Assembly: GCA_951406725.2 (NCBI GenBank)
Contig: OX597824.1
Span: forward strand, 99,510,001 to 99,574,000
Source of the DNA: Octopus vulgaris
Taxonomy: Eukaryota
Reading direction: 5' to 3'
Length of the DNA: 64,000 bases
The notes below the pieces were generated by a model that ran no database searches, had not been told where the DNA came from, and was given only the letters and a program-made list of their open reading frames with translations. A program made the translations under genes and the position numbers. Below, piece by piece: positions 12,111-25,738 of the stretch (position 1 is the stretch's first letter; each line of letters begins with the position of its first letter).

Positions 12111-12490
12111 TAATTTTATTCAAATGCTCAAATAGAGCAAGAATAGGGAAAGTGTCCATGTTGCCACTAATGTAGCTAAGAATATACTACACTTCTAAGA
12201 CTGTATGAAGTTTGTAGGGGTCATAACTTGTAAAGGATTGTGGTTCATTTTTAATTTATTAGTCTTTTTTTATCAACTACTCAATCTAAGACTAGAGGAC
12301 TGTGTCTGTGTAGAATGGAGGGCAGGAGTGAGTTGACAGCACATAGCTGGGTCTGGTCATAAATATTGTCAGGATTTTAGGTTTGGTATAAAGTAACTGT
12401 GTGCGTGTGTGTGTGTGTGTACGTGTGTGTGCACATATAGGGAGAGAGAGGGAGATAAGGAAAGAGAGGGATAGATAGATTGATAGAGAT

Positions 12491-13558
12491 AGTTAGTTAG
12501 TTAATTTGGCTCAAAAGCAAATAGCAAGGCCATGTAGGGGGACATGGAGTTAAGTACAGGGTGGTGTTCATGTAAAGAGTTCAGGCCACTTGAGGTCCAG
12601 GGAGGCTTTGAACAAAGCAGTCGTCGGCATCTTCACCATCTCGTCTGGCAGCTTGTTCCACGGATCCGCAACCCGGACGGAGAAAGCTCCTCTCCTTCGA
12701 TTGAGATGAAATCGTCGCAGGTAGAGCTTTTCGGAATGACCCCGCAGCCGACGCTCCGGAGCAGGAGTGAAGAACAGCTCTTTTGAGAGGTTACACTTTC
12801 CGCTTATGATGTTGTGGGCGAGAATGAGATCACCACGGCGGCGGCGTTTTTCAAGAGAATAAAGGTCGAGCGTCCTCAGCCTTTCTTCGTAGGACAAATT
12901 TTTGAGACCATGAACCATGCGGGTAGCCAGCTTCTGGACTCTTTCGAGATGCTGTATGTCTTTGAGGAGATAAGGAGAAGAGGCTTGAAACCCATACTCC
13001 AATATGGGTCTCACCAGTGTGACATAGAGTGGTAGGAATATGGCTGCTGTGAGCATTCCGAATGACCGTCGAATCAAGAACAGAATTCTGCGTGCTTTGT
13101 TGGCAACATGGACGCACTGGGCTGAAGGCGAAAAGGAGGAATCCACCAAGATACCCAGGTCCTTTACCTGATCAGTCCTCTCCAGCAGCAGACGACCCGG
13201 CTCGAAATCAAGTTGAGTTGCAGGAGTAGAGCCGACAGGCAGATGACAGCACTTTGACACGTTCAGACACAGGTCCCAATCGTTAGACCACTTCCAAATT
13301 TGGAGGAGGCATCGACGAAGATCCTCTATATTACCGTGAGGAGTGACCAGTTTGATATCGTCGGCAAATAGAAGGATGTGTTGCGTGAGGTCGTCGGGCA
13401 AGTCATTTATGAAGACTAAGAACAACAAGGGCCCAAGCACTGAACCTTGAGGCACGCCACTGCTCGCACTGGAGACGTCGGACCGCGAACCATTAACTTG
13501 GACTTGGAAGGAGCGATCTGAGAGGAAGGCACCAACCCATCGTACAATATCCAGATGG
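12491..13558 (-). mobile_element. CR1-like LINE, 5'-truncated, open RT C-terminal ORF
   Basis: VPQGSVLGPLLFLVFINDL...LFADD...LERVQKLATR...FSVRVADPWNKLP (ORF 12568-13455); short (TAAC)n-type tail at 12491-12506. Confidence 0.9.
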
Positions 13559-13559
13559 A

Positions 13560-13636
<77 letters not shown>

Positions 13637-13686
13637 GATATCTACATAGATGTATATTATTCATTAACAAGAATAGTACTGACAGT

Positions 13687-13721
13687 GACTTCGAAGTTTC
13701 AGCCTGCTTGGCTTTCATCAG
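13687..13721 (-). ncRNA. Hammerhead ribozyme core (stem I 5' strand lost at palindrome centre)
   Basis: CTGATGA a agcc aagca ggct GAAA cttcgaag TC. A decayed mirror copy lies on + at about 13730-13765. Confidence 0.6.
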
Positions 13722-13984
13722 AAAAGTTAGATGAAGGCTGTGCAGGCCAAAACTTGGCAGTCATTGTCACCACTCTTCTTTGCAAATGTATGATTAATAT
13801 GTACTCTACAAACAATATTGAGAAACCATTCAGTTTAATGTAAAGTTGTTTTGTTTTTTAGAAATCAACTGAAAAATATATAAAAACAAATGTTTGTGTG
13901 TGTATGAGAAGGAGAGAGAGAGAAAAAAAGAGAGAGGGATAGAGAAAGAGAAACTGAAAGAGAAAGGAAAAAAATAAAACTCAC

Positions 13985-14098
13985 TGTTTGATTAAAGGAA
14001 TTAGAATTGATATCAATTCCAACCATATTAATAAGGAAGTTCCGATTCTCATACTGATTTTCGGCAATGTAACAACACAGCCATTGGAAGAGCTTCTC
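13985..14098 (-). CDS. Adenylate-kinase-like host gene, coding exon
   Basis: Acceptor tccattttcag, donor ACA|gtgagt; 114 nt, phase 0 to 0. EKLFQWLCCYIAENQYENRNFLINMVGIDINSNSFNQT. Confidence 0.8.
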
Positions 14099-14224
14099 CT
14101 GAAAATGGATATGGTAAAAGATTGCATGGTTTCTTGAACTAGAGACAAGGTTGGGGAAGGAGTAGAAGTAGAGGCAGAGAGGAATAAACATTTCTTGCAT
14201 GAATTTTATAAAAATGATAATGAT

Positions 14225-14660
14225 GTTATTGTATACAGTGCTCAGGTGTGCTTCAACTCATTAGAAAAGGTAGATAAAAATGCATGCACAGGACATAGAA
14301 AATGCACAAAAAATGAACAGCAAATGAGTTGTTTAATAAAATGTGTGTGGGTGTTTTATCAGGAATGCAGTTGACAAATTTCAGGAAGCATTGAAGTTTT
14401 GAAGGATGTAGTGTCCTGATGGCTAACATGCTATTCTGAGCATCAAAAAATGTTTCCAAAAGTCATAGGCACTGTGCTATTTTTTGATTTTGTAAGCATG
14501 TCCATGAATGTTAGACGTATGAGAGTTAAAATGTGCCCAAGGTTATTGTTGGAAAGAAGTGGATAATCTTGTGGGTGTCTACCAAGTCAGTTGATACACA
14601 TTAGTGTTTTAATGTGTCCATGCCCAGGGAAGCATGCACTGATGAAGGAAAAGCATTGTC
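14225..14660 (-). mobile_element. Decayed 3' end of the same CR1-like family as 19331-21605
   Basis: Shares ttattgtatacagtgctcaggtg terminus and gaagttttgaaggatg.agtg segment. Confidence 0.7.
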
Positions 14661-15120
14661 TTAGTAATTAAATAATTCTAAAATAAAAAGGGGAAAGGAG
14701 ACAAACTGGAGTTGCAATTCATTAAAAATAATCGAAAAATAAACTACAGTAAGTTTGATAGTGTGAGGATAACTGTGTACGTATTTCTGTATTATTAGCA
14801 CTTATCAGGGCAGTACAGCTCCCAAATATGAAGAGCTAAGAGAAGATATAGTCTTTTAGGGAATGAGAACTTCACAACAATGACTGGGAGTACTTACTCA
14901 AGGACGTCTTCTGCATAAAAACTTAACAATAAACTAGTTCCTTATTGTAGTGAACTAAGAAATTTTAGGGTTAGGGTTATAATCTCTATAGTTTTTTTCT
15001 TACCAGAATTAGTCAGTTAGATAATGATTATCCTCATCAGTAAGGGTGTAATTAAAATTGATTATAATTTCTTGAATTATTACATCAAGTATGTTATCCT
15101 CCAGATTACTATTAAAGTTA

Positions 15121-16886
15121 TTAGGTTGTCAAGTATGAAATTTGTAGAAAAGAAAAAAAAGTTTTGCTAATGTTTTATAAATACAAGGCAAAGTTTTATT
15201 CATCAAACTATGCACCCATATTGCTAATATACTTCTGCCATTTCAGCAGTAGCTTGTCTGGTTCGGAACTGTAAAAGCCTGGCAATCTAGAGTCAATAAA
15301 ATCTTGGAAGGTTTGTTTTACTGCATCATCAGAATTAAATTTTTTTCCTATCAAAAAGTTTTCCAAATTCTGGAAGAAGTGGTAGTCAGTGGGTGCAAGA
15401 TCAGGTGAGTATGGTAGATGATGCAGAACTTCCAACTCCGACTCCTGTAGTTTTGCCAATGTCATTTTTGCGATGTGTGGTCTGGCATTGTCTTGCAATA
15501 AAATAGGAGTGTGTAGTGATCCTTGTGGTTACAATGGCAAGCAAAACAGAAAAGGGATGTAACAAGAGTAATCTCCTTTGAGCTTCTAGAATGTTTGAGA
15601 TCTTTCTGGAAGCTTCCAGTTTTACATGGAAGTTGGGGACTTTCAGTCCATCCTTTATATAAAGGAAAGAAATTCTAAATCCGTGCCATTCAGGGCCTGT
15701 TGGTTCTTCAACATGCATTGGGTCAAACTGCCACATTCCATGCCCACTCATGCACCCATTCGCCTTTCTTACTTGGAGACATGTGACTGCAAAACAGAAC
15801 ATATTCATGTAATATCATAAGCTTTCCTTCAATTAACCTTGTATGTTAACGCATTACCTCCAGTAATAAAAGTTATGACTTATTACAAGCACCTCATGAA
15901 TTCTATTTTCTTGTTGTTATGAGCAAATACAAGGACTTCCTTTTCTCTCATACTGACTAAATTATAGTGTGTCATTAAGTCGATGTTACCACCAAAAATG
16001 GATAACCCTGACACCACTATAAGTGGATCTGTCAACTAATCTAGGCTGTTTTTTTGTAAGTTTCTGCATCATTCAGTCCAGTAGGCTGCAGTATACTTCA
16101 GCCATGATTGATGAGCCACACATGTGCCAGACCACCAAACAGACACCATCAGCTTCTTTTGATGAATTTTGCTTTTTGGATTGTGTTTTGGTGGTTTGTC
16201 ATTGTACTGAATGTTTATGGTTGTTGTATTGGATCCATTTCTCATCACCAGTTACAATTTGATTCAAAAAGAATTCATTTTTGTGACAAGAAAATAGCAA
16301 AATGCAGGCTTCCAAACGTTGCTGTTTCTGATTTTCATTGAGTTCATGTGGAACCCACTTATCCAACTTTTCCGCTTTACCGATTTGAACTAGATGAGTC
16401 AATATTGTTTGCTTGCTAACACCAAACAACAACGATAATTCACAGGTACTTTGAGATGGATCTGAATCGATGGTGACTTTCAGTTCGTCATTATCCACCT
16501 TTGTTTCTAGTCGACCACATCGGTCATTTGTGAGGTCAAAGTTACCAGAACGAAATTTTGAAAACCAATTTGATACTGTCTGCTGCGTAATAACATTAGA
16601 ATGAAATACTCCATTAATATTCTGAGCTGTCTGTGATGCTGTATTTCCAAGAAAGAACTCATATTTCAAAACTGTATGAATTTCTGACTTATCCATCTCT
16701 AAACAAAAATAGCAAAAAACAATTTATAAATACTTTCTAAAGTGCAAAATGAGTTAGAATAAAGAAATAGATGTGTCAGCTTTCTATCGAAAAATAAAGA
16801 TTTTCAAAATATAATGATGACGCAAAATGAGCAGCTGTCAAAGTTTACCACATACCTAACTACAAATTTCATTCTTGACGACTTAA
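15121..16886 (-). mobile_element. Mariner transposon, inactive, interrupted by a solo LTR
   Basis: TIRs ttaggttgtcaagtatgaaatttgtag / ctacaaatttcattcttgacgacttaa with TA flanks. Transposase MDKSEIH...WVPHEL...TGDEKW and QDNARPH...YSPDLAPTD. Confidence 0.93.
15512..16021. mobile_element. Solo LTR (510 bp) with 4-bp target-site duplication
   Basis: Begins TGTAGTG, ends CACTATA (decayed TG...CA inverted termini). AGTG is duplicated at 15508-15511 and 16022-16025. Removal restores mariner frame DRST-PILLQDN. AATAAA at about 15865 on +. Confidence 0.8.
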
Positions 16887-17008
16887 TATCAGAGAAAGAA
16901 TGTTGTGGGGTTTCAAAGTGGAAACAGTTTCAGAAAGACTGAGAACAAATATTGTGGAAAGAGAGAGAACAAATGAGAATGTGTGGACTGTGATTGCTAA
17001 TTACTTAC

Positions 17009-17097
17009 TGGTGATGAATCATCAAGTTCGTTATGGTCCTTTAAACAAATATAATTTACAAGGTATGTGTCTCTGATTGAGTTACACTCTTCTGCAG
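17009..17097 (-). CDS. Adenylate-kinase-like host gene, coding exon
   Basis: Acceptor ctgtcttttccag, donor CCA|gtaagt; 89 nt, phase 1 to 0, exactly bridging the flanking exons. (T)AEECNSIRDTYLVNYICLKDHNELDDSSP. Confidence 0.82.
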
Positions 17098-17501
17098 CTG
17101 GAAAAGACAGAATTTAAAGTTTAATTAGGGAAACTCAGTGATTCACAAGAATTGTTTGAGGGTGTATGTAATAGGTGATGTAGGGTATGTACGTAATAGA
17201 TGCTATAAAGCTTCTGACAGTTCTGTGAGAGTTCCATGGATTTAGGCCAACTTTCAAGAAAATTGGCTCCTCCTCGTCCTCATCTGCCTCCTCCTCACCA
17301 CCACCATCACGACCCTCACCCCGACCACAACTTTCTTGGTGAAACTACCAGTTGTCTAGAATGTTAAACATCTCTGTGTCTCGCTCCTTCTACTCACAGA
17401 CATCAAGGTGTGCTTCTCTGAACACTCACCTCTTTCATTAATTTAATTGTAATGTCTTAAGTGCATATTCTCACACAGAAAGAGAGAGAGAGATAAAGAG
17501 T

Positions 17502-17533
<32 letters not shown>

Positions 17534-17573
17534 TGGGGCGGTGGGCAGGTAATAAGTAAACTGTTTTACTTAC

Positions 17574-17763
17574 TAAATGCAAAGTATATCACAGTACTGA
17601 TTGCTTTCTGACTTTGCATATTCAAGGAGGTCATAAAGTCTGTGAGAATTGAACAAATTGTGTCAATTTTACCCGATGAAGAATCTATTGAAATCATTTT
17701 CTCTGATTTACGGAAATATTCCAAGAAAGGTTTCACAGCATTTCCATAGAGTGTTAACCGTTT
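17574..17763 (-). CDS. Adenylate-kinase-like host gene, coding exon
   Basis: Acceptor ttttgttttag, donor A|gtaagt; 190 nt, phase 0 to 1. KRLTLYGNAVKPFLEYFRKSEKMISIDSSSGKIDTICSILTDFMTSLNMQSQKAISTVIYFAF matches the AK C-terminal KRLxxY...P...Y...IDa pattern. Confidence 0.88.
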
Positions 17764-18626
17764 CTAAAACAAAAAAAAAAAAGGAAATTAAAACAAGTCA
17801 AAGAAATACTTGGAGGTGAGACATTGGTAGAATAATTAATTATATTGGAAATAAATCAGTTCCGATCAATATTTCTAATTGACATAACTTTTGTGAAGTT
17901 AGGTGAAGGTTTTTTTATTGAGAGATAGATAATTGTGGATCATTCAGGGACTTCCTAAATATTTTTGGATCTTTGACATGGAATACAGTAGAATGATATT
18001 GTTAGAAGTGTGTGTGTATGGGTGGAGGTTGCAGGTCTTTATCTGAAAGAATACTGCAATGAAGAGAGTTGAAGAAAGAGGAGGAATAACTGGGTCTCTG
18101 AGACTGGGAATCTTTCTCTTCATCCTCTGTTGGTTGGTGAAGATCAGCGTTAGTTGAGATGAGTTACTATAGGCAGTAGTCACTTTGTTTGCCTCCATCC
18201 ATTTCATAACAGCCATAGAACACACCTCTACCTTCTTATCCACAACATGGATATAATTTATCGATAAAGAACTACATACATACTCTCATTCACTAATATC
18301 CCAATGGTATTCTCTCTATGCAGCATGAACCGATAGTTAAGAAGGGTTTTCACTCTCTTGTGTGCCTGGGTTAATTCCATTGTGTGCCGCTTCAGCTGAG
18401 GGAATCGATTATAGTTTTGGGCTGATAGAAGACTTATGAGTGAAACTTGGTAGATGGAAACTGTATGGAAGTCCATTTGATGGCTGTTGTGACTGGAGTT
18501 CAAAGGGCCAAGCTAGTCATACACAAAGTAACAAAAGCTGATACTATTTGAAGATTACATTAGAGGTGCAAGGGTCTGAAGAATAATCATATACATACAC
18601 ACACACACACACACTATCTCTCTCTC

Positions 18627-18673
<47 letters not shown>

Positions 18674-19111
18674 AGAAAAAGTATGATAAATACAAGATGC
18701 AGTTTATCCCTACACACGTTTCCTGATTGTGATTATTTGTCTCCCTTGCAGTGCATATTCAGTGTACAATTCAGATACAAATCCACAACAGTTCTTCAGG
18801 GAAATAATTTATTACATTATGTTGACAGAAATCAAATGCTTGTTTTTGGCGAGACTTTTTATAAATATTTTGAAAGGGAAATAAATAGAGAGAAGAAGAG
18901 AGAGAAGGAGCAAGAGAGAGAGAGATAGAAAGGGAGAGAGAAAAAAGAGAGAGAAGGAGAGGAACAAGAGAAGGGGAAAAGAGGAAAAATGATAAGAGAG
19001 AGCGATTAACTGTTTACATAAAAACTAGATTTTCAATTGCACAAGAAATAAAGAAAATACACAGGTTCAACACATCCTGTATATATATATATGGCCATTA
19101 TCTATTTTTTG

Positions 19112-19176
<65 letters not shown>

Positions 19177-19272
19177 TGTATATACAATAATAACTATATA
19201 ATAATATATATACTCTGATTAAAGTGACATGATCTTAACAGTTGATTGAAACATAATGAAAATTCAACAAAT

Positions 19273-19314
<42 letters not shown>

Positions 19315-19330
19315 ATATAAATAATAATGA

Positions 19331-21605
19331 AATTATTGTATACAGTGCTCAGGTGCACCACAACTTGTCAGAAAGTGCATATAAAGTACATGCAGTAATG
19401 TAGAAATGTCTGGAAAGCGAACAATGTATGAGTCAGATACATGCTTGTGTGTGTATGGAGGGGAGGAAATCAGGTGTAATGTTGGCGAATCTTAGAAAGC
19501 ATGGAAGTTTTGAAGGATGCAGTGCTCCGACAACTAACAACTGATGTCAGCAGTTTGTTCCATGCTTCAGCAACTCTCAGCGTGAAAAAATGTTTCCTAA
19601 AGTCATGGGAGCTGTGCTGTTTTCTGACTTTGTAAATATGTCCACGGGTGTTAGACGGGTGGAGTTTGAAAAGGTGCTCAGAGTTATTGTTCGTAAGATG
19701 GTTGATAATTTTATGGGTGTCTGCCAAGTCAGCTGCCAGACGTCGGAGTTTCAATGTGTCCATGCCCAGGGAAGTAAGGCGTTCAGAATATGGCAAATGC
19801 CTGATGGAGGGTATTCTTTTGGTTGCACGTTGCTGAACAGCTTCCAGGCGATTGATATCCTGGGCAAGATAGGGGTTCCAGACCGGTGATGCAAATTCCA
19901 GGTGAGGTCTTATCATAGCTATATAAAGCTGCAGATAGATAGACACAAAGGATTTGGTGAGTGATGACAAGACACCCTCAGCCTTCTTGACCATTTTAGC
20001 GATGTGTTTTGTCCAACGCAAATCACTGTCGACAATAACACCCAGGTCATGTTCACATGAAGACTTTTTGAGATTAGTGTTGTGGAGGGAGTAGGTGGAC
20101 GCTGGGTTTCTCCTCCCAAAATGCATGGTGGTACATTTGTCCACAGTCAGCTTGAGTTGCTAGTCCATGATCCACTGCTGCATTGTGTCCAGGTCTGCTT
20201 GCAATAGAGATCTATAGTGTACAGGATCTGACCTCTTTATTTCGAGGTACAGCTTGATGTCATCTGCATATTTCAGCACTGTGGCATTCTTTAAGTTGGC
20301 ATCTATGTCATTAACATATGCAACAAATAAAAGGGGGCCAAGAACAGATCCCTGTGGTACACTAGATGTCATCTCATAGGGTGAAGAGTGCTGTCCTAGA
20401 ACTGTGACAACCTCTTTCCGGCTGAAAATAAAGGACTTCACCCAGTTATAGAGTTTGTCTCTTACGCCCAACGCAGAGAGCTTCACCATAAGTCTTTTGT
20501 GTGGCACAGAGTTAAAAGCCTTAGCAAAGTCCAGGTAAACAACATCCACCCAGGATCCGCGATCAGTAATTTGGGTAACGTCCTCAAGAAACTTGATGAG
20601 TTGATTACAGCAGCTGGAGTTGGGAATAAATCCAAATTGTGATGGCTGGATGAGGCTGTGAGACTTCCAGAAGTTCCAGAGGGTTTCCCTGATACAGGAT
20701 TCCATCAGTTTGCCGATGCAGCTAGTAAGACTAATGGGGCGATAGTTGACAGGCGATGTGCGGTCACCTTTTTTTAACAGAGGGATAGCATTGGCAGTTT
20801 TCCACTGCTCTGGAGTAACACCATTGTCAAGACAGAATTGGAAGAATAGAGAAAGTTGGCTTAGAAGAAAGTACCCACCACGTTTGAGAAGTAGGTATGT
20901 AACACCATCGAGACCAGGAGAGGCATAGTTGCGCTTATTCTTAAGGTGGCATTGTAGCATTGCTGGTGTAAATTGCATAGAAGATATAGAGTCTGATGTC
21001 AGTGGTGATGAAGATGGAACATTTTGGTCTTCGACAGTAAAGATGCCGGCATAGCATCCAGCAATGATTTCTGCACATTCTTCGGGATTGCCAGTAATCT
21101 GTCCTGTGTGGGGATTGCGAAGGGGATCAACTGGAGAGTGAGGTCTCTGCTTTGAGTGCACATACTTCCAGAACACTTTGCTGTCAGGGTTAGTTGCAAT
21201 GCGTTGTTCAAATTCAAGCACTGCCTTTTTTGTCACCTGCTTGAGGTGGTTGGCTGACCTATTGCGCTTTTTCCTGTTGATCTCTGATTTGTGCAATTTG
21301 TATTCCTGTTCAGCATTACAGCATTCTTTCCTGGCAAGTCGATCTGCTGCAGTCTCCTAAATTGCACTATTGGGTGGTTTTTTGTGCTTGCATGGTACTG
21401 ATGCTGCACATGCCGCCCATATTGAATTCAGAATGTTCTGGAGTATAGTGTCCACATCTCCAGAGGCATAAAATTCGAGCCAGTTTGGGCATTGTAGCTC
21501 AGTACAATAAGAGCTCTAGTCTACTTTATTCCAGTCAAAGCGGGCAGTCTGAAGATGGTTGTGGTTTTTGTTACAACCAATCAGAGACAAGTTGGCCATG
21601 ATCAT
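19331..21605 (-). mobile_element. CR1-like LINE, 5'-truncated, RT nearly intact
   Basis: ORFs 20160-21296 and 19470-20144 are in the same frame, separated by one TAG. Motifs NYRPISLTS, YLDFAKAF, VPQGSVLG, KYADD. 3' end shared with the copies at 14225 and 56693. Confidence 0.9.
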
Positions 21606-22019
21606 GTAAACATTTGTTCTTATGTTCAGTTACAATAAAAAAAATTTGCATAAATCTGAAGGTGTACTCCATGCTTTTGTAGAGTACAATTTTATTATTC
21701 TGTAACAAGATTAGTATTGACAGTAACTTCGGAGTCAGATGTCAGTTTACCTAGTAAGAAACAATGTTGTTATTAGTAAGAGGTGTTGAAATTAATACAT
21801 GCAACATTTCACAGCTCTAGTATCACTCCTTCATAGTCAGCCTATGAACTTTTCAGCCCACCCTCACAGTGTCAAGCTGTAAAATTGCATATTATGGGGA
21901 GAGTTTATGATGAAGGTGGAAAGAGAGAAGGTGGTGAGATATTTACATGTTTAGAGAGAGAGGGGGAGAGAGAAGGGGAAGGAGGGAGTGAGAGTGAGAA
22001 AGAGAAGGAGAGAATTTAC

Positions 22020-22157
22020 CTCTGTTCTAGAATAATCTGCTTCATCTGTGTGAGTATTACTTCCAGAACTCTTATTTTTCTTGGAATTAGAATTTTCTGA
22101 ATGACTTGGTTTTTTCACTGAAGGTTTGTCCATGTTTATTGCAAATGACACTGGGTA
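22020..22157 (-). CDS. Adenylate-kinase-like host gene, coding exon (LID-equivalent region)
   Basis: Acceptor cttttattccag, donor GAG|gtaaat; 138 nt, phase 0 to 0. YPVSFAINMDKPSVKKPSHSENSNSKKNKSSGSNTHTDEADYSRTE joins the next exon to give DEADYSRTEKRL (compare AK DDNEETIKKRL). Confidence 0.85.
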
Positions 22158-22197
22158 CTGGAATAAAAGAAGGGTACAGAATATATAGAGCAGTGGT

Positions 22198-22248
<51 letters not shown>

Positions 22249-22599
22249 GCAGAGGATCCATCCATCCATCTACAACATACACACACGCACACACACATTG
22301 TCCTTAATCCAAAGAAATAGTACAAATAAATCAATAAAATTGAAAATGAACAAAGAATATACGAGGATATATCTAAAGTTTAAAATACATGTGTATATAT
22401 ATATATATACATGTATATTAATCAAAGTGTACAGCATTATATATCCATTATGGCTGATTTTACCAATCAGTTTCATACCAGGGGTTCAACAGAATGATAG
22501 GTAACAATCTGATTTGTAACTTTGTTCTTCAGAGGTAACTGTTATGGAATGAAGTATAGTAACTGCTTTCAGTTTGTGGTTGCTGTGAAAAAGATAATG

Positions 22600-23340
22600 A
22601 AACAAATCGAGCAGAGTGTAAGTGCCCTAAGAGAAAAGTTAGACATAAGAAGCATCAGATGTGGTGTGCAAGAAAGACAACTACGCTGGTTATGGTCATG
22701 TGTTGTGTATGGATGAGGACAGCTGTGTGAAAAAGTGTCACACCCTAGCAGTAGAGGGAACCTGTGAAAGAGGCAGACCCAGGAAGACCTGGGATGAGGT
22801 GGTGAAGCATGACCTCTGAACGTTGGGCCTCATGGAGGCAATGACAAGTGACTGAGACCTTTGGAGATATGCTGTGCTTGAGAAGACCCAGCAAGCCAAG
22901 TGAGACGTAGCCATGGCCTATGCCAGTGCAGCATAACCGGCCCATTTAAGAGTCACTTTCAATCATTGGGCAATAAACTATACTTGCAAAGACCTGTTGA
23001 GTCAAGTGAAGTCATTGTTGTGGCCAATGCCATTACTGCCTGATTGGCAACTGTACTGGTGGCATGTGAAAATCACCATTTGAGCATGGTTGATGCCAGT
23101 GCCACCTGACTGGCTCCTGTGCTCATGGCATGTAAAAGGCACCATTCAAGTGTGGTCAATGCCAGTACTGCCTGACTGGCCTTCATGCCAGTGGCATGTA
23201 AAAAGCACCCACTACACTCTTGGAGTGGTTGGCATTAGGAAGGGCATCCAACTGTAGAAACCATGCCAGATCAGATTGGAGCCTTGTACAGCCTTCTGGC
23301 TTGCAGCATGGAAAGCAGATGTTAAATGATGATGATATAT
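22600..23340 (+). mobile_element. RTE-clade LINE 3' end with long 3' UTR and (GAT)n tail
   Basis: LREKLDIRSIRCGVQERQLRW...GRPRKTWDEVV, then the abundant ggttggcattaggaagggcatcc module and a gatgatgat tail. Confidence 0.78.
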
Positions 23341-24261
23341 ATAGCAATAATAATAATATATATACTTCGCAAAAGTATACATATATATCTAATATAGGAT
23401 AAAATTTTCAAAAAATTTTATCAGTGGGCAGCATATTTAAAAATAACAGACTTTTTTAGAAATTTCTGTCAGCGTGCTTCGAGACATGTGCTTTTAGTGA
23501 TGAATTATATGTGGTTATTGATGATTTAAAGTCTATTCTCACCATATTTGGCATAAGAATTTTTTTCTTTTATATATATATATATTTATAAGTTATATAT
23601 ATATATATATTTATAAGTTTTATATATATATATATATATTACAAAGTGAGATAGGGGTTGTGAGTGTAACCCTCTATGGGATAACATATATCCAATATAC
23701 TGCCAGTAAAGCACCCAGAAATGATAATACATAAATGCTAAGAATTGCAATGCAATTAATTCATTTATTGTATTATGTGGGCGAAGGTAAAATGTTTTAC
23801 CTCAAATTCATAATACAAAATAAGAAAATGGAGGAATATACTTTAATCAATCATCAACTACCAGATAATACCTATTCACATAATTTATTAACCAACTACA
23901 TTGGAACATCCAGATCAAACACAATAATACAGGACAAAACAGTACATGGTTGTGGTGGTAAATGACTCCGGTTTTTTATTAATTGGTAGCCTTATATTTG
24001 TTTTGTATATGGATGTGTGGTTTGCTAGGATAGGGTTTATACAGAATTGTGGTTTGAGCAAGCTCATACTTGTAGATGTTGATATCTGGTCGGTTTTGTA
24101 GTGTTTTGGTTTTCTACGGTATATTCAGTGTAATTTTTAATTATGTACCTTCCGCAAATAACGTATTTTTTCTTTACCCTAGTTATTGTAAATGTGTGTG
24201 CAAAGTTTATATCCCTCTTATAAACTTTATCTGAATATTTTCCAACCTTTGTATAATATTA

Positions 24262-24845
24262 ATCCTTACGTTTTCGCCACATGACCATACCAGCACAAAC
24301 GTCTCTCTTGCACATCACAACTGATGCTTCTTAGGTCCAACTTTTCTCTCAAGGTACTTACACTCTATCGAGTATGAACACTGACATTACACATCCATGG
24401 GAGCATACTGGCTTCATTTCTTGCAAGCTTACGCATATCCTCAGCAGTCACGGCCCATGTTTCACTGCCATGTAGCATGGCTGTTCGTACACATGCGTCA
24501 TACAGTCTGCCTTTTACTCTGAACGAGAGGCCTTTTGTCACCAGCTGAGGTAAGAGCTCTCTGAACTTTGCCCAGGCTATTCTTACTCTAGCAGTTACAC
24601 TTTCAGCACACCCGCCCCCGCTACTGACTTGGTCACTTAGGTAACAGAAGCTATCAACTATTTCTAGTTTTTCTCCCTGGAATGTGGCGGAAGTTGGTCT
24701 CAGAGCATTTTCAGTGTTTATTGCTCCTGAGCATCTGCCACATACAAAAACTATCTACCTAGTTAGCCTTCCTTTGACATTGCTGCACCTCTTATGTGTC
24801 CATAGCTTACACTTGGTGGATCTTATAGAGTTTCTACCCACACCT
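24262..24845 (-). mobile_element. RTE-clade LINE internal fragment
   Basis: EKLEIVDSFCYLSDQVSSGGGCAESVTARVRIAWAKFRELL...RVKGRLYDACVRTAMLHGSETWAV. Confidence 0.85.
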
Positions 24846-24889
24846 TTATATATACATATAGATATATATATATGTATGTATGTATGTAT

Positions 24890-24943
24890 ATATATATGTA
24901 TACACACACACACACATACATACATACACATACATACATACAC

Positions 24944-25022
<79 letters not shown>

Positions 25023-25138
25023 TACATACATACATACATACATACATACATACATACATACATACATACATACATACATACATACATACATACATACATA
25101 CATACATACATACATACATACATACATACATACATACA
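24890..25138. repeat. Compound (CA)n/(TACA)n microsatellite
   Basis: Direct inspection; one of dozens of (TA)n, (CA)n, (GA)n and (TACA)n tracts in the window. Confidence 0.97.
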
Positions 25139-25738
25139 TGATATATTAGACAGACTTTAAATTCGATCTGTATCTGTTGCAGAAACAGCAGCAAAAAAAT
25201 TGTCTGATTGCTTCCACAATATTTGTGTAGGAAGAACTCACAAAATGGTAAACTAAATATTATTTATGGAACAACCTGAGATATATTTCTCTTATCAAAT
25301 GTCTTTCATCTTATTAATTTCAGTTTTGTTATGCCTAAGTCCATCATGTTCAAGATTTTGAATTAGTTTCAGCCATCTTCACCCACATCCAACCCATATT
25401 TTACCACACAAATCCCAATTCTCTCCCTCTCACACACACACTTCATCTTCCTTTCTGTAACTCTCTCTGTCTCCCTCTTTCTCTACATTCTCTGCCACAC
25501 CACCATCACCACCACTTGCCTCTATTCTCTGCTATTTTCCTGACTGATTGACTTAGCTTGCCATTATTTATGACATAAAATAATAAAGCTGTTTGAGTTA
25601 ACTATTTTTCACAACTGTATTCCTGGCAAATATTGATTTTTTTTGTTCCTGAAAGCCTCCTGCTACAACGACAGATTGGTTCTTTTCTACGACTCACTGC
25701 CTCTTCGTGCCTTCTTTTGCTTCCTTTATTCAAAATAA

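Noticed and set aside
15401-15808. 135-aa ORF with a good splice acceptor as an exon of the host gene
   Set aside because: It lies inside the solo LTR nested in a mariner, has no clear donor, and the gene model is phase-complete without it.
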